The notes beneath the pieces were generated by a model. That model saw only the letters and a list, made by a program, of their open reading frames with translations. It was not told where the DNA came from and searched no databases. A stretch of DNA of 64,000 bases from contig JBHIEG010000009.1 in NCBI GenBank assembly GCA_046760505.1, positions 8,021 through 72,020 of the forward strand. Reading direction: 5' to 3'. This document shows positions 49,582 through 61,673 of this stretch, piece after piece (the stretch's first letter is position 1; every line of letters begins with the position of its first letter). The DNA is from Candidatus Hydrothermarchaeota archaeon (GTDB lineage: Archaea; CAYFZR01). The position numbers and the translations under genes were made by a program.

Positions 49582-49959
49582 ATGTATAGCGAAAAAGTGA
49601 TGGAACACTTCAGAAATCCTCGAAACGTAGGAGTAATTCCAGACGCGGATGGAGTAGGAACAGTGGGAAATCCCGTTTGTGGAGATCTCATGAGCGTCTA
49701 CATAAAAGTAGAGAATAATATTCTAAAAGACGTTAAATTCCAGACTTTTGGATGCGGCGCAGCAATAGCCACAAGCAGCATGATTACCGAATTAGCAAAA
49801 GGAAAAACCATAGATGAGGCGCTAAAAATCACAAAAAAAGATGTTGCAGAAGCTTTAGAAGGTTTACCCCCAGTAAAAATGCATTGTTCTAATCTTGCTG
49901 CAGATGCATTGCATGCTGCAATAGAAGATTATAAGAAGAAAAGATCTCAGGAGAGTTGA
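49582..49959 (+). CDS. iscU: Fe-S scaffold IscU/NifU
   Basis: GNPVCGD, FGCGAAIA, PPVKMHCS. Confidence 0.96.
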   Translation: MYSEKVMEHFRNPRNVGVIPDADGVGTVGNPVCGDLMSVYIKVENNILKDVKFQTFGCGAAIATSSMITELAKGKTIDEALKITKKDVAEALEGLPPVKMHCSNLAADALHAAIEDYKKKRSQES

Positions 49960-49963
49960 TAAG

Positions 49964-50113
49964 GTGGCTTGTGAATTTTGTAGTAAGGAAATCCTTCCAG
50001 AAGATTGTCTCTTCGCCCTACATAAGAAGATTATAGATGATAAGGAATACGTTTTTTGCTGCTCAATTTGTCTTGAAGCCTTTGAAAAGAAAGAAAAAGG
50101 GGTGAAAGAATGA
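49964..50113 (+). CDS. TRASH/YHS-like metal-binding protein (49 aa, absent from ORF track)
   Basis: MACEFCSKEILPEDCLFALHKKIIDDKEYVFCCSICLEAFEKKEKGVKE; ATGA overlap with the next gene. Confidence 0.8.
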   Translation: MACEFCSKEILPEDCLFALHKKIIDDKEYVFCCSICLEAFEKKEKGVKE

Positions 50114-50340
50114 AAGAAGAAGTAGAAAAAGTAATCAATGAATACATCAGACCAAGCCTCAAAGCAGACGGAGGAGACATAGAATTAGTCGATATAGACG
50201 AGAAAAACGATATCGTAAAGGTAAGATTGGTTGGAGCCTGTGCTGGCTGTCCAATGTCTCAATTTACTGCTCTTAATGTGGTAGAGAGTACACTGAAAAG
50301 GTTTGTTAAGGATACTATAATAGTGGAGACCGTTATTTAG
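50110..50340 (+). CDS. Nfu/NifU-C Fe-S carrier
   Basis: IRPSLKADGGDIE, GACAGCPMS. Confidence 0.92.
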   Translation: MKEEVEKVINEYIRPSLKADGGDIELVDIDEKNDIVKVRLVGACAGCPMSQFTALNVVESTLKRFVKDTIIVETVI

Positions 50341-50349
50341 CAAATATAT

Positions 50350-50988
50350 TTACATCGGGTATCTGACATCGTAAAAAGGCTTTTCCAAGTCCTCAATTAT
50401 TTTAGAAGGTATATCCACGACTTTTTTAGACTTCTTAATCAAAACGTGATCGCTCGTTGCGATACATTCAAAACTCAAAAGGTCCCTATCACAATGTTTT
50501 GACGTGATTGCAGTGCCATTTAAACCTTTTTTCTCTATAAAATCTTTTACCTTGCTCGACAGTTCTCCGCTCTTTCTGACAGGACTATCAAAAACAAAAA
50601 CTACTTCTCTTGGAGGATAATGACTCAAGACATCTAAAATGAGATTCATTGCCTTCATTGTATATTCATTTATCCTATACTTTCCAAAAGAGGCTTCAAC
50701 GTCCCTTATGAATGAGTCATCGCATTTTATTAAAGGTCTATCCATTAGTATGCACTCCGTGGTGATCAAAACGTTATATCCATCGATCCCTAAATTTAAG
50801 TTCTCTAATTCATTCATTTTTATGCGCCTTTTGCAAAGCAATTCTGCCTCTTTCTTAGAAAATACAGCTCTAGCAAGAAGATTTCTTTCCTTCGGTGAAA
50901 GCATATGGTGATCTGAAACGAACTTTAGGGCGCTTTTCTTCTTGTAACCATGATTTAAAAGAAATCTAAGCTCATTGGCAGCTTTCAA
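50350..50988 (-). CDS. DUF434 family protein
   Basis: LRFLLNHGY, IDGYNVLIT, DSFIRD, SGEL, ATSD. Confidence 0.82.
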   Translation of the reverse strand: MKAANELRFLLNHGYKKKSALKFVSDHHMLSPKERNLLARAVFSKKEAELLCKRRIKMNELENLNLGIDGYNVLITTECILMDRPLIKCDDSFIRDVEASFGKYRINEYTMKAMNLILDVLSHYPPREVVFVFDSPVRKSGELSSKVKDFIEKKGLNGTAITSKHCDRDLLSFECIATSDHVLIKKSKKVVDIPSKIIEDLEKPFYDVRYPM

Positions 50989-50992
50989 TACT

Positions 50993-53860
50993 TTATTCCA
51001 TGTAAATTGCTGGTTTAAATGGTTTTGCGTGTTTTCTCTTATTTTTTGGGTCATATGCTTCTTCTTCCGTAACAATATGGATATTTGTTTTTGTTTGATC
51101 TGATAAAAAGTCTTTCGATTCCCACAAAATGTCTTTTTCTTCTAGAGAAAAATCTAGGATTTTTTTAATTCTCTCGGGATGCATCTTGTTTACTTCATCT
51201 ATGATGAGCAAGGCAAATTTTTTTATTTCTTCTGTATAACTCTTCAATTCTTCATCTTTTTTAAAGGCATCCAAAATTTTAGGAAACTCTATCTTTCCTT
51301 TCAGTCTTTCTTTCAGCATTACTCGGTAGACCTTGTCTTTCCATGGCGGAGCCAGATATATGTAGGTGTTTTTTGGCGTTATATTTGTTATTTTAAGTAT
51401 GGCTTCTATATCCGCCATGAGATTATCAATATATTCTTCTGCCAATTCTACATTGTAATCAATTAGTTTTTCATCAACTTTTGGCCATTCCGCGTTGAAT
51501 ACAAAACCTGAGTTACCCATTCTCTCCCATAACTCCTCACACATATGGGGTATGAATGGAGCAAGCAATCTTATCCAGACATTCATTACCCGCATTAGCA
51601 CTTCTTTGTTTGGCTTTTTTGCTCTTCTTAAATATCTCCTAACATCGCGCATCAAAGAAAAGAAAGACTCTTGAACCGCTCTTCTTGTTTGAAAAGAGTT
51701 CAATGAGTTTGTTGTCTCTCTTATCCTTTCCTGAAGTCTACTTAGTAGCCATCTATCTATAGATCTAACCTCGTCTTCATATGAATCCATGTCTATGATA
51801 TCGTTGGCAAGTTTCCAGAATCTCTGAAGATTTTGCTCCATGGATCTTATTTGCCTCTCCTGCCAGTCGAAGTCTTGCCATGGATCTGCTGAGAACATCA
51901 GGTACATTCTTGTGGTATCTCCTCCATACCTCTCCAAGGCATCTTGGAACAGGATTACGTTTCCTTTGGACGATGACATTTTTTCTCCTTCTAAAAGACC
52001 TATTCCAAAGACCACAATCCCACGGGGCCAGTTTTCTTCAGGGAATATCGCGGTATGGTGAAAGATGTGGAATGAGAGGTGGTTTCCTATCAAATCCTTT
52101 GCGGAGAATCTTATGTTCACCGGATACCAGTAGGTGAATTCTCTTCTCATCGCCTTCAATGCGTGGATGCTTATGTTTTTTTTCTCTGAGATTTCTTCAG
52201 GGGAGCCTAAACCAAAGAAAATATAATCGAATACATTATCGTCAAGTTGGTCTGGACTCAGGTTTTTTATTATGTGGGATATGGTGTAGTAAGCCATGTA
52301 GACAGTAGAATCGCTCAGAGGCTCTACTATCCAGTTTAAATCCCAAGGTATCCTTGTTCCAAGACCGATCTTCCTAGCGCAGGCCCAGTCATTCAGCCAG
52401 TCTATTACATAGAGAAAGTTTGCTCTCACTTCCTCAGGTACAATTATCATCTGGTTAAGACATTTTCTCGCTGATTCCTTCCACTCTTTATCGGAGTACT
52501 TCAGAAACCACTGATCGCTCAATAGCTTAACCAAACACTTTGTGCCGCATCTGCATATTACAGGCTTTTCTGAGAAATCCCACATTAAATTGGCTTTATT
52601 TTCTTTTATAAAATCGTTTTTGACCATTTCTCTTGCTTCAAATACGCTATAATTACCATATTTTGGAATATTTCCTAGCATACGCCCTTTTGCAAATTCA
52701 ATTCTGTATATTTCTTCTGTCAATTCTTCTAATTTTTTATCATTCTGATCATTTACGTTGTATTTTTCTACGATCTCTTTTGCAGGATATTCTCCGTAAC
52801 CCTCTACTTCTATGAGAGAAATAGGTTCTATTTGACTCACATCAATATTGTATTCTTCAAGAAAAGAAGAATCATCTTTCAATTGTTTCAACGCGACGTA
52901 ATCATAGGGTGCATGAGCAGGAACGCTCATTACTATGCCGCTAGCATAATCAGGATCCACGAAGGAGGCGGGGAGTATAATTAACTGATTACCAAGAGCA
53001 GGATTCTTTGCGTATTTTCCAACAAGAACTTTTCCGCTTATGATTTTTTCTTTATGGACATTATATCCCTGTTCTTTAAGTTTTTCCACTGATTCTTCGC
53101 TTATTATCCACTTTTCCCCGTCTACATCTGCGACAATGTAATCAATATCGGGTCTAACCCACAGATTTGTGGCACCAAAAACTGTTTCTGGTCTTAAGGT
53201 TCCGCATGGAATCTTGTAATCATTGTACTCAAATTTTAGTAGGGTAAATGCTAATATGTTGGCTTCTTCACCTTCCAGTAGATCGTGATCTCCTACAGGA
53301 TTTTTGTCATTTGGACACCATTTTACCGGGTGCTCTCCCCTAGCAACATATCCTTTCTCTCTTAATTTTCTAAACTGCCATTCTATGAATTTATTGTACT
53401 GAGGATCAGTTGTAGTGAATTCTCTTCTCCAATCTATAGAGTAACCAATTCTGTTCATGTTATTCTTGTATTCCCTGCAGAAATATTCCACAATCTTGTG
53501 CGGATTGGTAAACATGGACAGAGTCTTTTCATCAACCCGGTAGAGATCTTTGTAGAGACTTAATACACTTTGATCTCCTCGCTGAAACCTACTTGCAATT
53601 CCAACTACCGGTGCACCAGTAACGTGCCAAGCCATTGGAAACAATACATTGTAACCCTGCATTCTTTTAAAACGGGCGATTACATCAGGTACGGTATATG
53701 TTCTCCCATGTCCTACATGCATTGAACCGGATGGATAGGGGTAGGCAACAGTGATGTAGAACTTTGGTTTTTCTTGGGGCTTTGAATGGTGAAGACCTTC
53801 CTTTTTCCAAATCTCTTGCCATTTTGCTTCGAATTCTCTCCACTCTGACATGACTTTCAC
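50993..53860 (-). CDS. leuS: Leucine-tRNA ligase (archaeal type)
   Basis: [31 protein letters not shown]. Confidence 0.97.
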   Translation of the reverse strand: MKVMSEWREFEAKWQEIWKKEGLHHSKPQEKPKFYITVAYPYPSGSMHVGHGRTYTVPDVIARFKRMQGYNVLFPMAWHVTGAPVVGIASRFQRGDQSVLSLYKDLYRVDEKTLSMFTNPHKIVEYFCREYKNNMNRIGYSIDWRREFTTTDPQYNKFIEWQFRKLREKGYVARGEHPVKWCPNDKNPVGDHDLLEGEEANILAFTLLKFEYNDYKIPCGTLRPETVFGATNLWVRPDIDYIVADVDGEKWIISEESVEKLKEQGYNVHKEKIISGKVLVGKYAKNPALGNQLIILPASFVDPDYASGIVMSVPAHAPYDYVALKQLKDDSSFLEEYNIDVSQIEPISLIEVEGYGEYPAKEIVEKYNVNDQNDKKLEELTEEIYRIEFAKGRMLGNIPKYGNYSVFEAREMVKNDFIKENKANLMWDFSEKPVICRCGTKCLVKLLSDQWFLKYSDKEWKESARKCLNQMIIVPEEVRANFLYVIDWLNDWACARKIGLGTRIPWDLNWIVEPLSDSTVYMAYYTISHIIKNLSPDQLDDNVFDYIFFGLGSPEEISEKKNISIHALKAMRREFTYWYPVNIRFSAKDLIGNHLSFHIFHHTAIFPEENWPRGIVVFGIGLLEGEKMSSSKGNVILFQDALERYGGDTTRMYLMFSADPWQDFDWQERQIRSMEQNLQRFWKLANDIIDMDSYEDEVRSIDRWLLSRLQERIRETTNSLNSFQTRRAVQESFFSLMRDVRRYLRRAKKPNKEVLMRVMNVWIRLLAPFIPHMCEELWERMGNSGFVFNAEWPKVDEKLIDYNVELAEEYIDNLMADIEAILKITNITPKNTYIYLAPPWKDKVYRVMLKERLKGKIEFPKILDAFKKDEELKSYTEEIKKFALLIIDEVNKMHPERIKKILDFSLEEKDILWESKDFLSDQTKTNIHIVTEEEAYDPKNKRKHAKPFKPAIYME

Positions 53861-56544
53861 TCCAGAATCGTGCGAAGGTATGATAGAATATCTTTCAGCG
53901 CATCATCTTCCCATTTTTTCACACTTCCTTTGGCAAGATTCTTTTTTCCGCCTCCTCCGCCACCCATTCTTGAGGTAATCTCCTTAATTAAATCGTTCGC
54001 GCTTACATCAATGGATTCTCCAACGCTTACAACTACATAATTTTTGGGATTTCTTAGAATTGATATCGTATCTCTTCTTTTATTCATCATCTGAATAGCT
54101 GTTTTTTCAAGTTCTTTGTCGGATAAATCAAGTTTTTCTTTTATTACCAATGATTTCCCTATTTTTTCTCCTTTTTTCACAAGTTCTTCGACTTTCAGAG
54201 AAGCTAATTCTTCTTGGAGTCTCTCAACGTCCTTTTTAAGTTCCTTCCATTCCGTAAAGAAACGTCTAGCGGTTTCTGGAGTTTGCGTTATGGGTACCTT
54301 AAAAATACCTGCAGTGCTTTCCAGAGTTTCTTCCAATTCTTGAATCTGCTCTATGGCAGGCAGTCCTGCTGAAAACTCAAATCTTTCAACGCCGTCTTGG
54401 ATTCTTTCATTTCTTATTATTTTGATAGTCCCAATCTCTCCGGTATAATCTACATGTGTTCCAGCACAAGCCTGAGCATCTACGTTGTTGATTTCTAGGA
54501 TGCGTATGTTCTTTCCCGGAACAACTCCTCCCTGATACAATCTAAATCCATATTTCTTTTCAGCCTGATTTCTTTCCATCCAAATCTTACGTACTGGCAG
54601 GTTTTTCATAACGTATTCATTTGCAAGCCTTTCGATTTGTCTTAATTGTTGTTTGGTAACTCGTTGGTAGTGTGTTAAATCAATTCTGGCGCTTTTCTCT
54701 CCTTTTTGGGCTCCAGCCTGCCAGATGTGATTTCCTAATACATTTCTTGCAGCAGCCATTACCAAATGAGTGGCAGTGTGATGCCTAACGTGAGCCAATC
54801 TTCTCTCTTTATTTATTTTACCAAGAATCTCTCCGTATTCGACTTTTCCTCTTATCCTATGCACGACCACATTCTTTACCTTTTGTACATCTATGACTTC
54901 TACTTCCCTACCGTTTTGTTCGAAGTAACCTGTGTCGCATGGTTGACCTCCTCCCTCTGGATAGAAGTACGTCTTATCTAGTATGACAAAATCCCCTTCT
55001 AGTCCAATTACGTTTGCTTTGAATTCGAAAACATTTGGATCTTTGTAAAATAGTAATTCTGTAGGCGGGTATTCTTTAATCTCAATTTTTTCTTCCTTTA
55101 TTTCTTCCTCTCTTTTTTGATGGAGCTCCGCTACCTTGGCATAAAAATCGTCAGGAATATTTACTTCTATATCATCCTTTGCAATTTCCCTAACTATCTC
55201 CGGAGGTATTCCCTGCGAGTCATATAGATTTATAAGTGTGGTGACATCTAACTCCTTTTTACCTCTCTTTTTGATAGCACTGACTGTTCTTAAAACGAGC
55301 CTTTCTCCTCTCTTCAAAGTTTCTTTATATCTTTTTTCTTCTACGTTTACCTCATCCAGTATGGTGTCCATGTTTTCTATTAATTCTGGAAAACTGGAAC
55401 CTAAGTACTCTATTTGCATCGCCACGATCTCAGAGAAAGAGAGATCCAACTCTAATTCTTTTAGAAATCTTAAGGCACGTCTCAATACGAGTCTTGCCAG
55501 ATAACCTTCTCTAACATTGGAAGGGACTATTCCATCTCCAAACATGAATGATATACATCTTGAGTGGTCTGCTAGTGTATAAATCGATTCTAGTGGCTCC
55601 ATTATTTTTGATAGTTCGACAACGTCGATCCCGATTTTTTCTGCTACCTTTTTTCTTAATTTTCGCACGTCTGCGAGTGTCATTATGTCCATCAGACCAG
55701 CTAATTTAGCGTGTTCGATTACGATATCCTTTTCTTCCTTTACTCCAGCCAATTTTTTTAATTTAACAAGAAAAGCATCGAAAACAGCATCATATGCGGT
55801 AGGAGTACCTTGAGAAACCCACGTAAATCTTTCCAGGCCGTAGCCAGTATCAACGACCTTCATGTCCATCTCACGATATTCTCCGTTTATGGGCCCCTCA
55901 TACTGCATAAAAACTAAGGTGGCTAATTCTGCGCCATCTACTATAGCCTCAAAACACGGGCCTGCGTTGCCACCACCCTCCCACCATTCCTCTATATAAG
56001 TAATCCTTTCTGGCTTTACTCCTAGTCTGTCTGTTAAAAGTTCGTGACACAGCCTAACCGTATCATCTTTGAAGTAAATGTAGCGATCCTTTGTGTTAAA
56101 TGCATGATGTGCCATCATCTCAAATAGGGTGAAATGTCTTCCAGTTCTTCCCACGTTGTCTATGTCATTCAATCTTATACTTGGCTGAGACATGGTAAGG
56201 GGATTATACGGTGGATCGACCTCTCCGGATAAGACCCATGGCTGGAAACATGCTATTGATGCTATGGTCAGTAGAATATCATCTCTCCATCTTGCAACAA
56301 CAGGGTATCTATTTATTCTCGTATGATCGTTATCTTCGAAAAATTTGAGGTACTCTTCTCTCATCCTATGCAAGCTATAAGGTTTCTTCATGGGACTATT
56401 CTCTATAAATGTATATTCGTCGCAGGGCGGCTCACCGCATGTTTTTCTTTCGGGAACCAGCGTCCAGAACGCTCTCTTACAACTCTCGCACTCCTTTCTG
56501 ACGAAGTCCAGTTCTCTAAATAATTCGACTTCGTATTCGCTCAA
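53857..56544 (-). CDS. alaS: Alanine-tRNA ligase (TTG start 56544)
   Basis: [30 protein letters not shown]. Confidence 0.97.
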   Translation of the reverse strand: MSEYEVELFRELDFVRKECESCKRAFWTLVPERKTCGEPPCDEYTFIENSPMKKPYSLHRMREEYLKFFEDNDHTRINRYPVVARWRDDILLTIASIACFQPWVLSGEVDPPYNPLTMSQPSIRLNDIDNVGRTGRHFTLFEMMAHHAFNTKDRYIYFKDDTVRLCHELLTDRLGVKPERITYIEEWWEGGGNAGPCFEAIVDGAELATLVFMQYEGPINGEYREMDMKVVDTGYGLERFTWVSQGTPTAYDAVFDAFLVKLKKLAGVKEEKDIVIEHAKLAGLMDIMTLADVRKLRKKVAEKIGIDVVELSKIMEPLESIYTLADHSRCISFMFGDGIVPSNVREGYLARLVLRRALRFLKELELDLSFSEIVAMQIEYLGSSFPELIENMDTILDEVNVEEKRYKETLKRGERLVLRTVSAIKKRGKKELDVTTLINLYDSQGIPPEIVREIAKDDIEVNIPDDFYAKVAELHQKREEEIKEEKIEIKEYPPTELLFYKDPNVFEFKANVIGLEGDFVILDKTYFYPEGGGQPCDTGYFEQNGREVEVIDVQKVKNVVVHRIRGKVEYGEILGKINKERRLAHVRHHTATHLVMAAARNVLGNHIWQAGAQKGEKSARIDLTHYQRVTKQQLRQIERLANEYVMKNLPVRKIWMERNQAEKKYGFRLYQGGVVPGKNIRILEINNVDAQACAGTHVDYTGEIGTIKIIRNERIQDGVERFEFSAGLPAIEQIQELEETLESTAGIFKVPITQTPETARRFFTEWKELKKDVERLQEELASLKVEELVKKGEKIGKSLVIKEKLDLSDKELEKTAIQMMNKRRDTISILRNPKNYVVVSVGESIDVSANDLIKEITSRMGGGGGGKKNLAKGSVKKWEDDALKDILSYLRTILE

Positions 56545-56575
56545 AAAAATTCCTCCGAAGTTTGAGGAAGAGGAT

Positions 56576-56887
56576 TTAGCCAAATAGCGCGGCTAATCCT
56601 GCTGCTACTTCTTCCTCTTCTTTTTCCTCCTCCTCTTTCTTTTTCTTTTCTTCTTTCTTTTCTTTCACTTCTGCTTTTTCTTCCGGACGAGGAATCTCTA
56701 CGGTAGGAACCGTTGTGACGGATTCTATTGCTTTATCTATGTCAACATCTTCTAGTGCGGCTACCAAAGACTTTATTCTGGCATCGTTTGGCTCAATGCC
56801 TGCACCTTCTAAAACTTTTTTAACGTTGTCTTCGTTGATCTCTTTTTTCGCAGAGTGTAACAGCATAGCAGCATAAATGTATTCCAA
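56576..56887 (-). CDS. rpl12p: Ribosomal stalk protein P1 (L12p), TTG start
   Basis: [11 protein letters not shown]...acidic tail GLAALFG; SD GGAGGTGA. Confidence 0.96.
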   Translation of the reverse strand: MEYIYAAMLLHSAKKEINEDNVKKVLEGAGIEPNDARIKSLVAALEDVDIDKAIESVTTVPTVEIPRPEEKAEVKEKKEEKKKKEEEEKEEEEVAAGLAALFG

Positions 56888-56899
56888 AATTCTCACCTC

Positions 56900-57895
56900 C
56901 TAACCAAAGAGTGCTGAAAGACCAGAAGCTACCTTATCTTCCTCTTCTTTTTCTACTTTCTTTTCTTCCACCTTCTTTTCCTCTTTCGAGACCTCTTTTC
57001 TAGTCAAAATGGACTTTAGATGATCTGGTAGGGCATCAGGCTTTTTGCTTGCCAAGAAGGATACGAGGTTAAGGGCTCTTAGATAAACATTTGATATCAT
57101 TGTACCCATGGTTTCCTTTGTAGGTATACCTGCGTTTAAAGAGAGATTTCTTGCATTAAGGAATGCGTTTTTCAGTAAAATTTCTGTGGTGTATCTGGTT
57201 GGTATACACGCGTTGATTGAGAGATTTAATCCGCTTGAGAAGCAATCCCTTATCTTTGCAACGATTTCTTCAGTATCTACGTGAAGGTGTTCAGGAGCCA
57301 ATATAGAACCATCTTCATAAACCGCGAGCAAATCTAATCCAACTTCCATAGGCTCAATTCCCAGTCGATTCAGGACGTTGGCTATGAGAGGGGTAACCTT
57401 CATCCCTTTTTTCAGAACAACTGTATCCTCCGTAATTACGATTTTACCTTTTTGAATCTCGATAGGCAAACCAGCTCTCTGAAACTCTCCTAAAATAGGT
57501 CCAGGTGGAAATGGAGTTTCTCCTTTGGGGACTACTATATCATTGGGGGCTACCTGTCCTACCTTTGCAGAAGCAGTCGTCTTGTTCTTTTGTATCACCC
57601 TGTATAACTTGAATGGACTCATATTTGTAAATATGAATCCTGGACGCCCTTTCATGTAATCAGATAATTCTTTTATGTGATCATTTCCCTTGGAAACTTC
57701 GTTTAGGGCGATATTCATTAGAGATTTTTTAGAAATCCTCAATAGTGCTTGCCCTGTCAGCTCGCTCCTTATCCTTTGAAGTTGTCTTGCGGGTATGTTT
57801 CCAACATCTACGACTCCTATTACAGGCCATCGTTTCAATTCGTTCTTTAGTTTTTCTACTTCTTTGATTTTCCACTCAGTGACCATCTTTTCCAC
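56900..57895 (-). CDS. rpl10: Ribosomal protein uL10 (P0)
   Basis: WKIKEV, TPFPPGP, GLSALFG tail. Confidence 0.96.
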   Translation of the reverse strand: MEKMVTEWKIKEVEKLKNELKRWPVIGVVDVGNIPARQLQRIRSELTGQALLRISKKSLMNIALNEVSKGNDHIKELSDYMKGRPGFIFTNMSPFKLYRVIQKNKTTASAKVGQVAPNDIVVPKGETPFPPGPILGEFQRAGLPIEIQKGKIVITEDTVVLKKGMKVTPLIANVLNRLGIEPMEVGLDLLAVYEDGSILAPEHLHVDTEEIVAKIRDCFSSGLNLSINACIPTRYTTEILLKNAFLNARNLSLNAGIPTKETMGTMISNVYLRALNLVSFLASKKPDALPDHLKSILTRKEVSKEEKKVEEKKVEKEEEDKVASGLSALFG

Positions 57896-58534
57896 CTATT
57901 TTACCTTTATCGGTGCGCCCATTGTTGTTTTGATGAAGATATTTTTGATGTGATGAGAACCTTTTTCAAGCTTGCGCTCTATTGCGCTGATCACTGCCTC
58001 ACAGTTTTCAGAAATTTTGTCATCATCCATTTCTTCGGTTCCAACTGGCACGCTTATCACCGGCTGATCTTTCATCTTTATTCTAACTGTCCTACTGTAT
58101 CTATCAAACAAGGGCTTTAGATCTGCAGTAGGAGGTATTGGTTTGGCCATCTTTCCTCTAGGACCAAGGACAGGACCTAATATCTTACCGACCATCGGCA
58201 TCATATCTGCCTGAGCAATAAAGAAATCATATTTCTTCGCTATTTCCTTACATAATCTTCTATTTTTCTGAAGTTCCTTTAATTTCTCCTTTGTGATTAC
58301 CATGTCTGTGAAATCTCTTGCCTTCATCGCCAAATCACCATCTGCTATGACACCTATTTTTACTGGTTTTCCTTTTCCATGTGGAAGAACTAATTCCTCA
58401 TTAATCCTGTTTTTGGGGTTATTGAGATCAATTTCTTTGAGAGATATAGTAATATCTATGCTCTGTGTAAAATTTCGCTTTTTTGAGTTTTCCTTCGCTT
58501 TTTTAATGCCTTCAACGATCTTTGATCGATCCAT
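57896..58534 (-). CDS. rpl1: Ribosomal protein uL1
   Basis: KRNFTQS, LGPRGKM, KTTMG. Confidence 0.97.
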   Translation of the reverse strand: MDRSKIVEGIKKAKENSKKRNFTQSIDITISLKEIDLNNPKNRINEELVLPHGKGKPVKIGVIADGDLAMKARDFTDMVITKEKLKELQKNRRLCKEIAKKYDFFIAQADMMPMVGKILGPVLGPRGKMAKPIPPTADLKPLFDRYSRTVRIKMKDQPVISVPVGTEEMDDDKISENCEAVISAIERKLEKGSHHIKNIFIKTTMGAPIKVK

Positions 58535-58536
58535 TT

Positions 58537-59019
58537 TCAGAGCTCCCGTATCTCATATAATCCTTCATCTATTTCTTTCTGTACTTCCCTTGGATCTTTG
58601 CCCTCTACGGTAATTCCCATGCTGACACATGTCCCGATTACTTCCTTAACCGCTTTTTTCAGGTCGTGTGAAAGCAAGTCTCCCATCTTCATCTTCGCAA
58701 TCTTGGTAACTTGTTCTATTTTAAGATTACCAACTTTCTTTTCAAGAGGGTGTTCAGATCCCTTTTCTAAACCTAGTTCTTTTTTTATGAGTGCGGTGCA
58801 TGGGGGTGTACCAACACTTATCTCAAATTCCTTTGTTTTTTTATCAACGATGATTTTTACAGGAACTTTCATGCCTTCAAAGTCTTTTGTAACTTCATTT
58901 ATTCTTTTTACCGCCTCTCCGATGTTAATACCCATCGGACCCAGTGAAGGACCCAAAGGCGGACCTGGAGAAGCCTTTCCGCCATCTACTAGGACTTCTA
59001 GGATTTCTTTGTCCTTCAA
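58537..59019 (-). CDS. rpl11: Ribosomal protein uL11
   Basis: [19 protein letters not shown]. Confidence 0.97.
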   Translation of the reverse strand: MKDKEILEVLVDGGKASPGPPLGPSLGPMGINIGEAVKRINEVTKDFEGMKVPVKIIVDKKTKEFEISVGTPPCTALIKKELGLEKGSEHPLEKKVGNLKIEQVTKIAKMKMGDLLSHDLKKAVKEVIGTCVSMGITVEGKDPREVQKEIDEGLYEIREL

Positions 59020-59471
59020 CCTTTTCCCTCCTTTGATAGGACTCTTACATGATCTCCTCGAACAGTAACCGGTATTGAAACCGTTGCCTCTAGCAATTCT
59101 ACCGTTATTTCACCTTTTCCTTCATCAAACCTCACTACTTTCGCTTTTTCACCTTTGAATGGGCCAGCAATGAGTTCTACAATGTCTCCATTTTCAACAC
59201 CCGCTATAGCGGGCTTTGGCTCCAGGAAATGTTTAATCTCTTCAATAGATACTGATTCTGGTAGAACTCCCCTGACGTGGGGCACACCAGCCACTCCACT
59301 CTCAATGATACCCTGATTCTCGGCTTCAACGAAGATGTATCCTTTCAATTCTTCTGGAACCAGTATTGCCTTGATATCGATTTTGTATCTTCTCATTTTA
59401 GCGGCTATAAGTTCTGCCACATTTTTTTCTTGACCAATCGTCGTTCTTAGGGGAAATAGCTGTGTTTCCAT
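59016..59471 (-). CDS. spt5: Transcription elongation factor Spt5/NusG
   Basis: [30 protein letters not shown]. Confidence 0.96.
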   Translation of the reverse strand: METQLFPLRTTIGQEKNVAELIAAKMRRYKIDIKAILVPEELKGYIFVEAENQGIIESGVAGVPHVRGVLPESVSIEEIKHFLEPKPAIAGVENGDIVELIAGPFKGEKAKVVRFDEGKGEITVELLEATVSIPVTVRGDHVRVLSKEGKG

Positions 59472-59475
59472 TTTA

Positions 59476-59646
59476 TCATCCACTTGTAATTTGTACAATC
59501 ATCCTGACGATAAATCCTATTGCACCGATCAGTATTATACCAAAGCCGGTAATCTTAGATACGTTTGCGAACTCAAATCTGTTCGGACGTCTCGCTATCC
59601 TCAGGACTCTAACATATTCCCTGAAGATCTCCCTAACCTTTGCCAA
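59476..59646 (-). CDS. secE: Protein translocase SecE/Sec61-gamma (56 aa, absent from ORF track)
   Basis: MAKVREIFREYVRVLRIARRPNRFEFANVSKITGFGIILIGAIGFIV; canonical ftsZ-secE-spt5 order. Confidence 0.95.
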   Translation of the reverse strand: MAKVREIFREYVRVLRIARRPNRFEFANVSKITGFGIILIGAIGFIVRMIVQITSG

Positions 59647-60765
59647 TTATTCCACCCGCTTAAGACCAAGCCAGGTGCCTATGTCAGCTTCTCCAACCAA
59701 ATGTTCTTCTTCATAGATATCGCGATATTTCACCCCAGTCACAACAACCATTGTCCTTACGTTTCTATCCATAGAAGGATCAATTTGAGCTCCCCAGATT
59801 ATGGTGGCCTCTGGATCTAACTTACTGGCAACAACGTTGATTATTTTTTCTGATTCTTCCACGGAGAGGTCATCGCCACCGGTAATATTAATAAGAGCAC
59901 CCTTTGCTCCTGAGATGTCTATGTCCAATAATGGACTTACGATTGCTTTGTTTACGGAGTCAAGAGCCCTGTTGTCTGAATCAGAATCTCCTATGCCCAT
60001 CATCGCTAATCCTCCATCCTTTACCACCGCTTTTACATCTGCGAAGTCTAGGTTTACTAGTCCTGGCTTTGTAATCATCTCGGTAATCCCCTTCACTGCT
60101 TGCATCAGAATTTCGTCAGCCACCTTGAAAGCCGCGTTTATTGGAAAATTTGGCACAATTTTTAGGAGTTTGTCGTTAGGTATGACAATTGCAGTATCTA
60201 CAACTTTCATAAGTTTTGATAATCCTTCTTGAGCATTTCTTTTTCTTACGATACCTTCTATGGTAAATGGGAGGGTTACAACCGCTACTGTAAGTGCTCC
60301 TAACTTCTTCGCTATTTGCGCTATGATTGGGGCAGAACCTGTTCCTGTTCCACCACCCAATCCGCAGGTGACGAATACCATGTCTGAACCTTGTAATAGT
60401 GCTTTTATCTCTGGTTCATTCTCCTTTGCGGCTTCTTCTCCTAAAAGAGGGACATTTCCTGCACCAAGTCCCTGAGTTACTTCTCTTCCAATGAGAAGCT
60501 TGTGATGAGACTTTGTGTACAAAAGATCCTGTGCATCCGTATTGATACAGATCGTTTCTGCTCCCTCAATCCCAGCCTCCATAATCCTTGTTACTGTGTT
60601 TCCTCCTGCGCCCCCGGTTCCTACTACAGATATGTTTGTCTTGAGTTTAGTTAGCAAGTCCTCTAGTTCTTCATCAATTGGATCAAATTTTTTCTCTCGT
60701 GCCTCCTTTTTTTCTCTGGTTTCATCCTCAATCCTCTTCATCACGTCCTCAACGATCTTTTCCAA
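59647..60765 (-). CDS. ftsZ: Cell division protein FtsZ (FtsZ1)
   Basis: [21 protein letters not shown]. Confidence 0.97.
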   Translation of the reverse strand: MEKIVEDVMKRIEDETREKKEAREKKFDPIDEELEDLLTKLKTNISVVGTGGAGGNTVTRIMEAGIEGAETICINTDAQDLLYTKSHHKLLIGREVTQGLGAGNVPLLGEEAAKENEPEIKALLQGSDMVFVTCGLGGGTGTGSAPIIAQIAKKLGALTVAVVTLPFTIEGIVRKRNAQEGLSKLMKVVDTAIVIPNDKLLKIVPNFPINAAFKVADEILMQAVKGITEMITKPGLVNLDFADVKAVVKDGGLAMMGIGDSDSDNRALDSVNKAIVSPLLDIDISGAKGALINITGGDDLSVEESEKIINVVASKLDPEATIIWGAQIDPSMDRNVRTMVVVTGVKYRDIYEEEHLVGEADIGTWLGLKRVE

Positions 60766-60875
60766 TTTACGACCTCCAGAATTTATTTTTTATTATCGTA
60801 TAAATTATCTTGGTTTTAGTTGGATATTTTGTGTGCAGAAATAAATATTCTTTCATTGCAAGCCACACTTTTCCC

Positions 60876-61673
60876 TTAGTTCTCAGAGCTTCTAATATCT
60901 CTTTCTCTTATCACCTCTACACCCAGTTTGTCACACATATTCAAAATCTTTTTCCTCTCCATGCTTCTCATTCCTTTCCAGTCAAGTATGACTTTGTTAA
61001 TATTTTCTACATTCCTATGAAGAACTTCCTCAAATACTTTTTCAGTGATGTCTCCTAATAGATAAGAAGGCAATATATGACCGACTGCGATTTTCGTATT
61101 TAAAACGATTCTAGTATGAGTAGGAGCATAGTGAGGACCGCCTATACCTAAATAAGAATCAAATTTAACATCTCTCGTAGCATCCATTATGGCGTGGGAG
61201 ACAACCTCGCATGCTTTGAGATCGCTCCAGGCTTCCAGATCACTTCCAATTTCAATGAAAGTTACTGGCTTTTCCAGAGTACTTGGACCATGATGTGTGG
61301 CCTCTAATGATACTAGATAGTTGAGGTTTAATTCACTCCTTAATTCATGAAGTTTCATTATAGCGAGTTTAATTGAAGATGGATCTGCGATACCAAACTG
61401 GTTTATATTTCCCGGTGCGTGGACCGTTAGACAAGGTATTTTTTTCTTACTTTCGTGTCTAGAGGCAAAAATCCATGTTTTAGGCATGAAATATTTTTCT
61501 AGGTGATTTGCTTTTGTTAGTTCTTCTCTTGTTGTTATTATCATTGTATCTCCAAGTATGTAAGTTGGAAAACCCTCAAATTCTCCCTCTTTTTCAAATG
61601 GGAAGTGTTCTATGAGAGATTCCAAAATGTTCATACTGGCTCTATCAACCGAGGAAGTCACTACAATCTTCAT
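60876..61673 (-). CDS. dtdA: D-aminoacyl-tRNA deacylase (archaeal DTD2)
   Basis: SRHES, LTVH, EATHHGP, IEIGS, GGPHY. Confidence 0.92.
   Translation of the reverse strand: MKIVVTSSVDRASMNILESLIEHFPFEKEGEFEGFPTYILGDTMIITTREELTKANHLEKYFMPKTWIFASRHESKKKIPCLTVHAPGNINQFGIADPSSIKLAIMKLHELRSELNLNYLVSLEATHHGPSTLEKPVTFIEIGSDLEAWSDLKACEVVSHAIMDATRDVKFDSYLGIGGPHYAPTHTRIVLNTKIAVGHILPSYLLGDITEKVFEEVLHRNVENINKVILDWKGMRSMERKKILNMCDKLGVEVIRERDIRSSEN

Noticed and set aside
58460-58534. Methanococcus-type L1 autoregulatory site inside rpl1
   Set aside because: The required G-rich paired stem is not present
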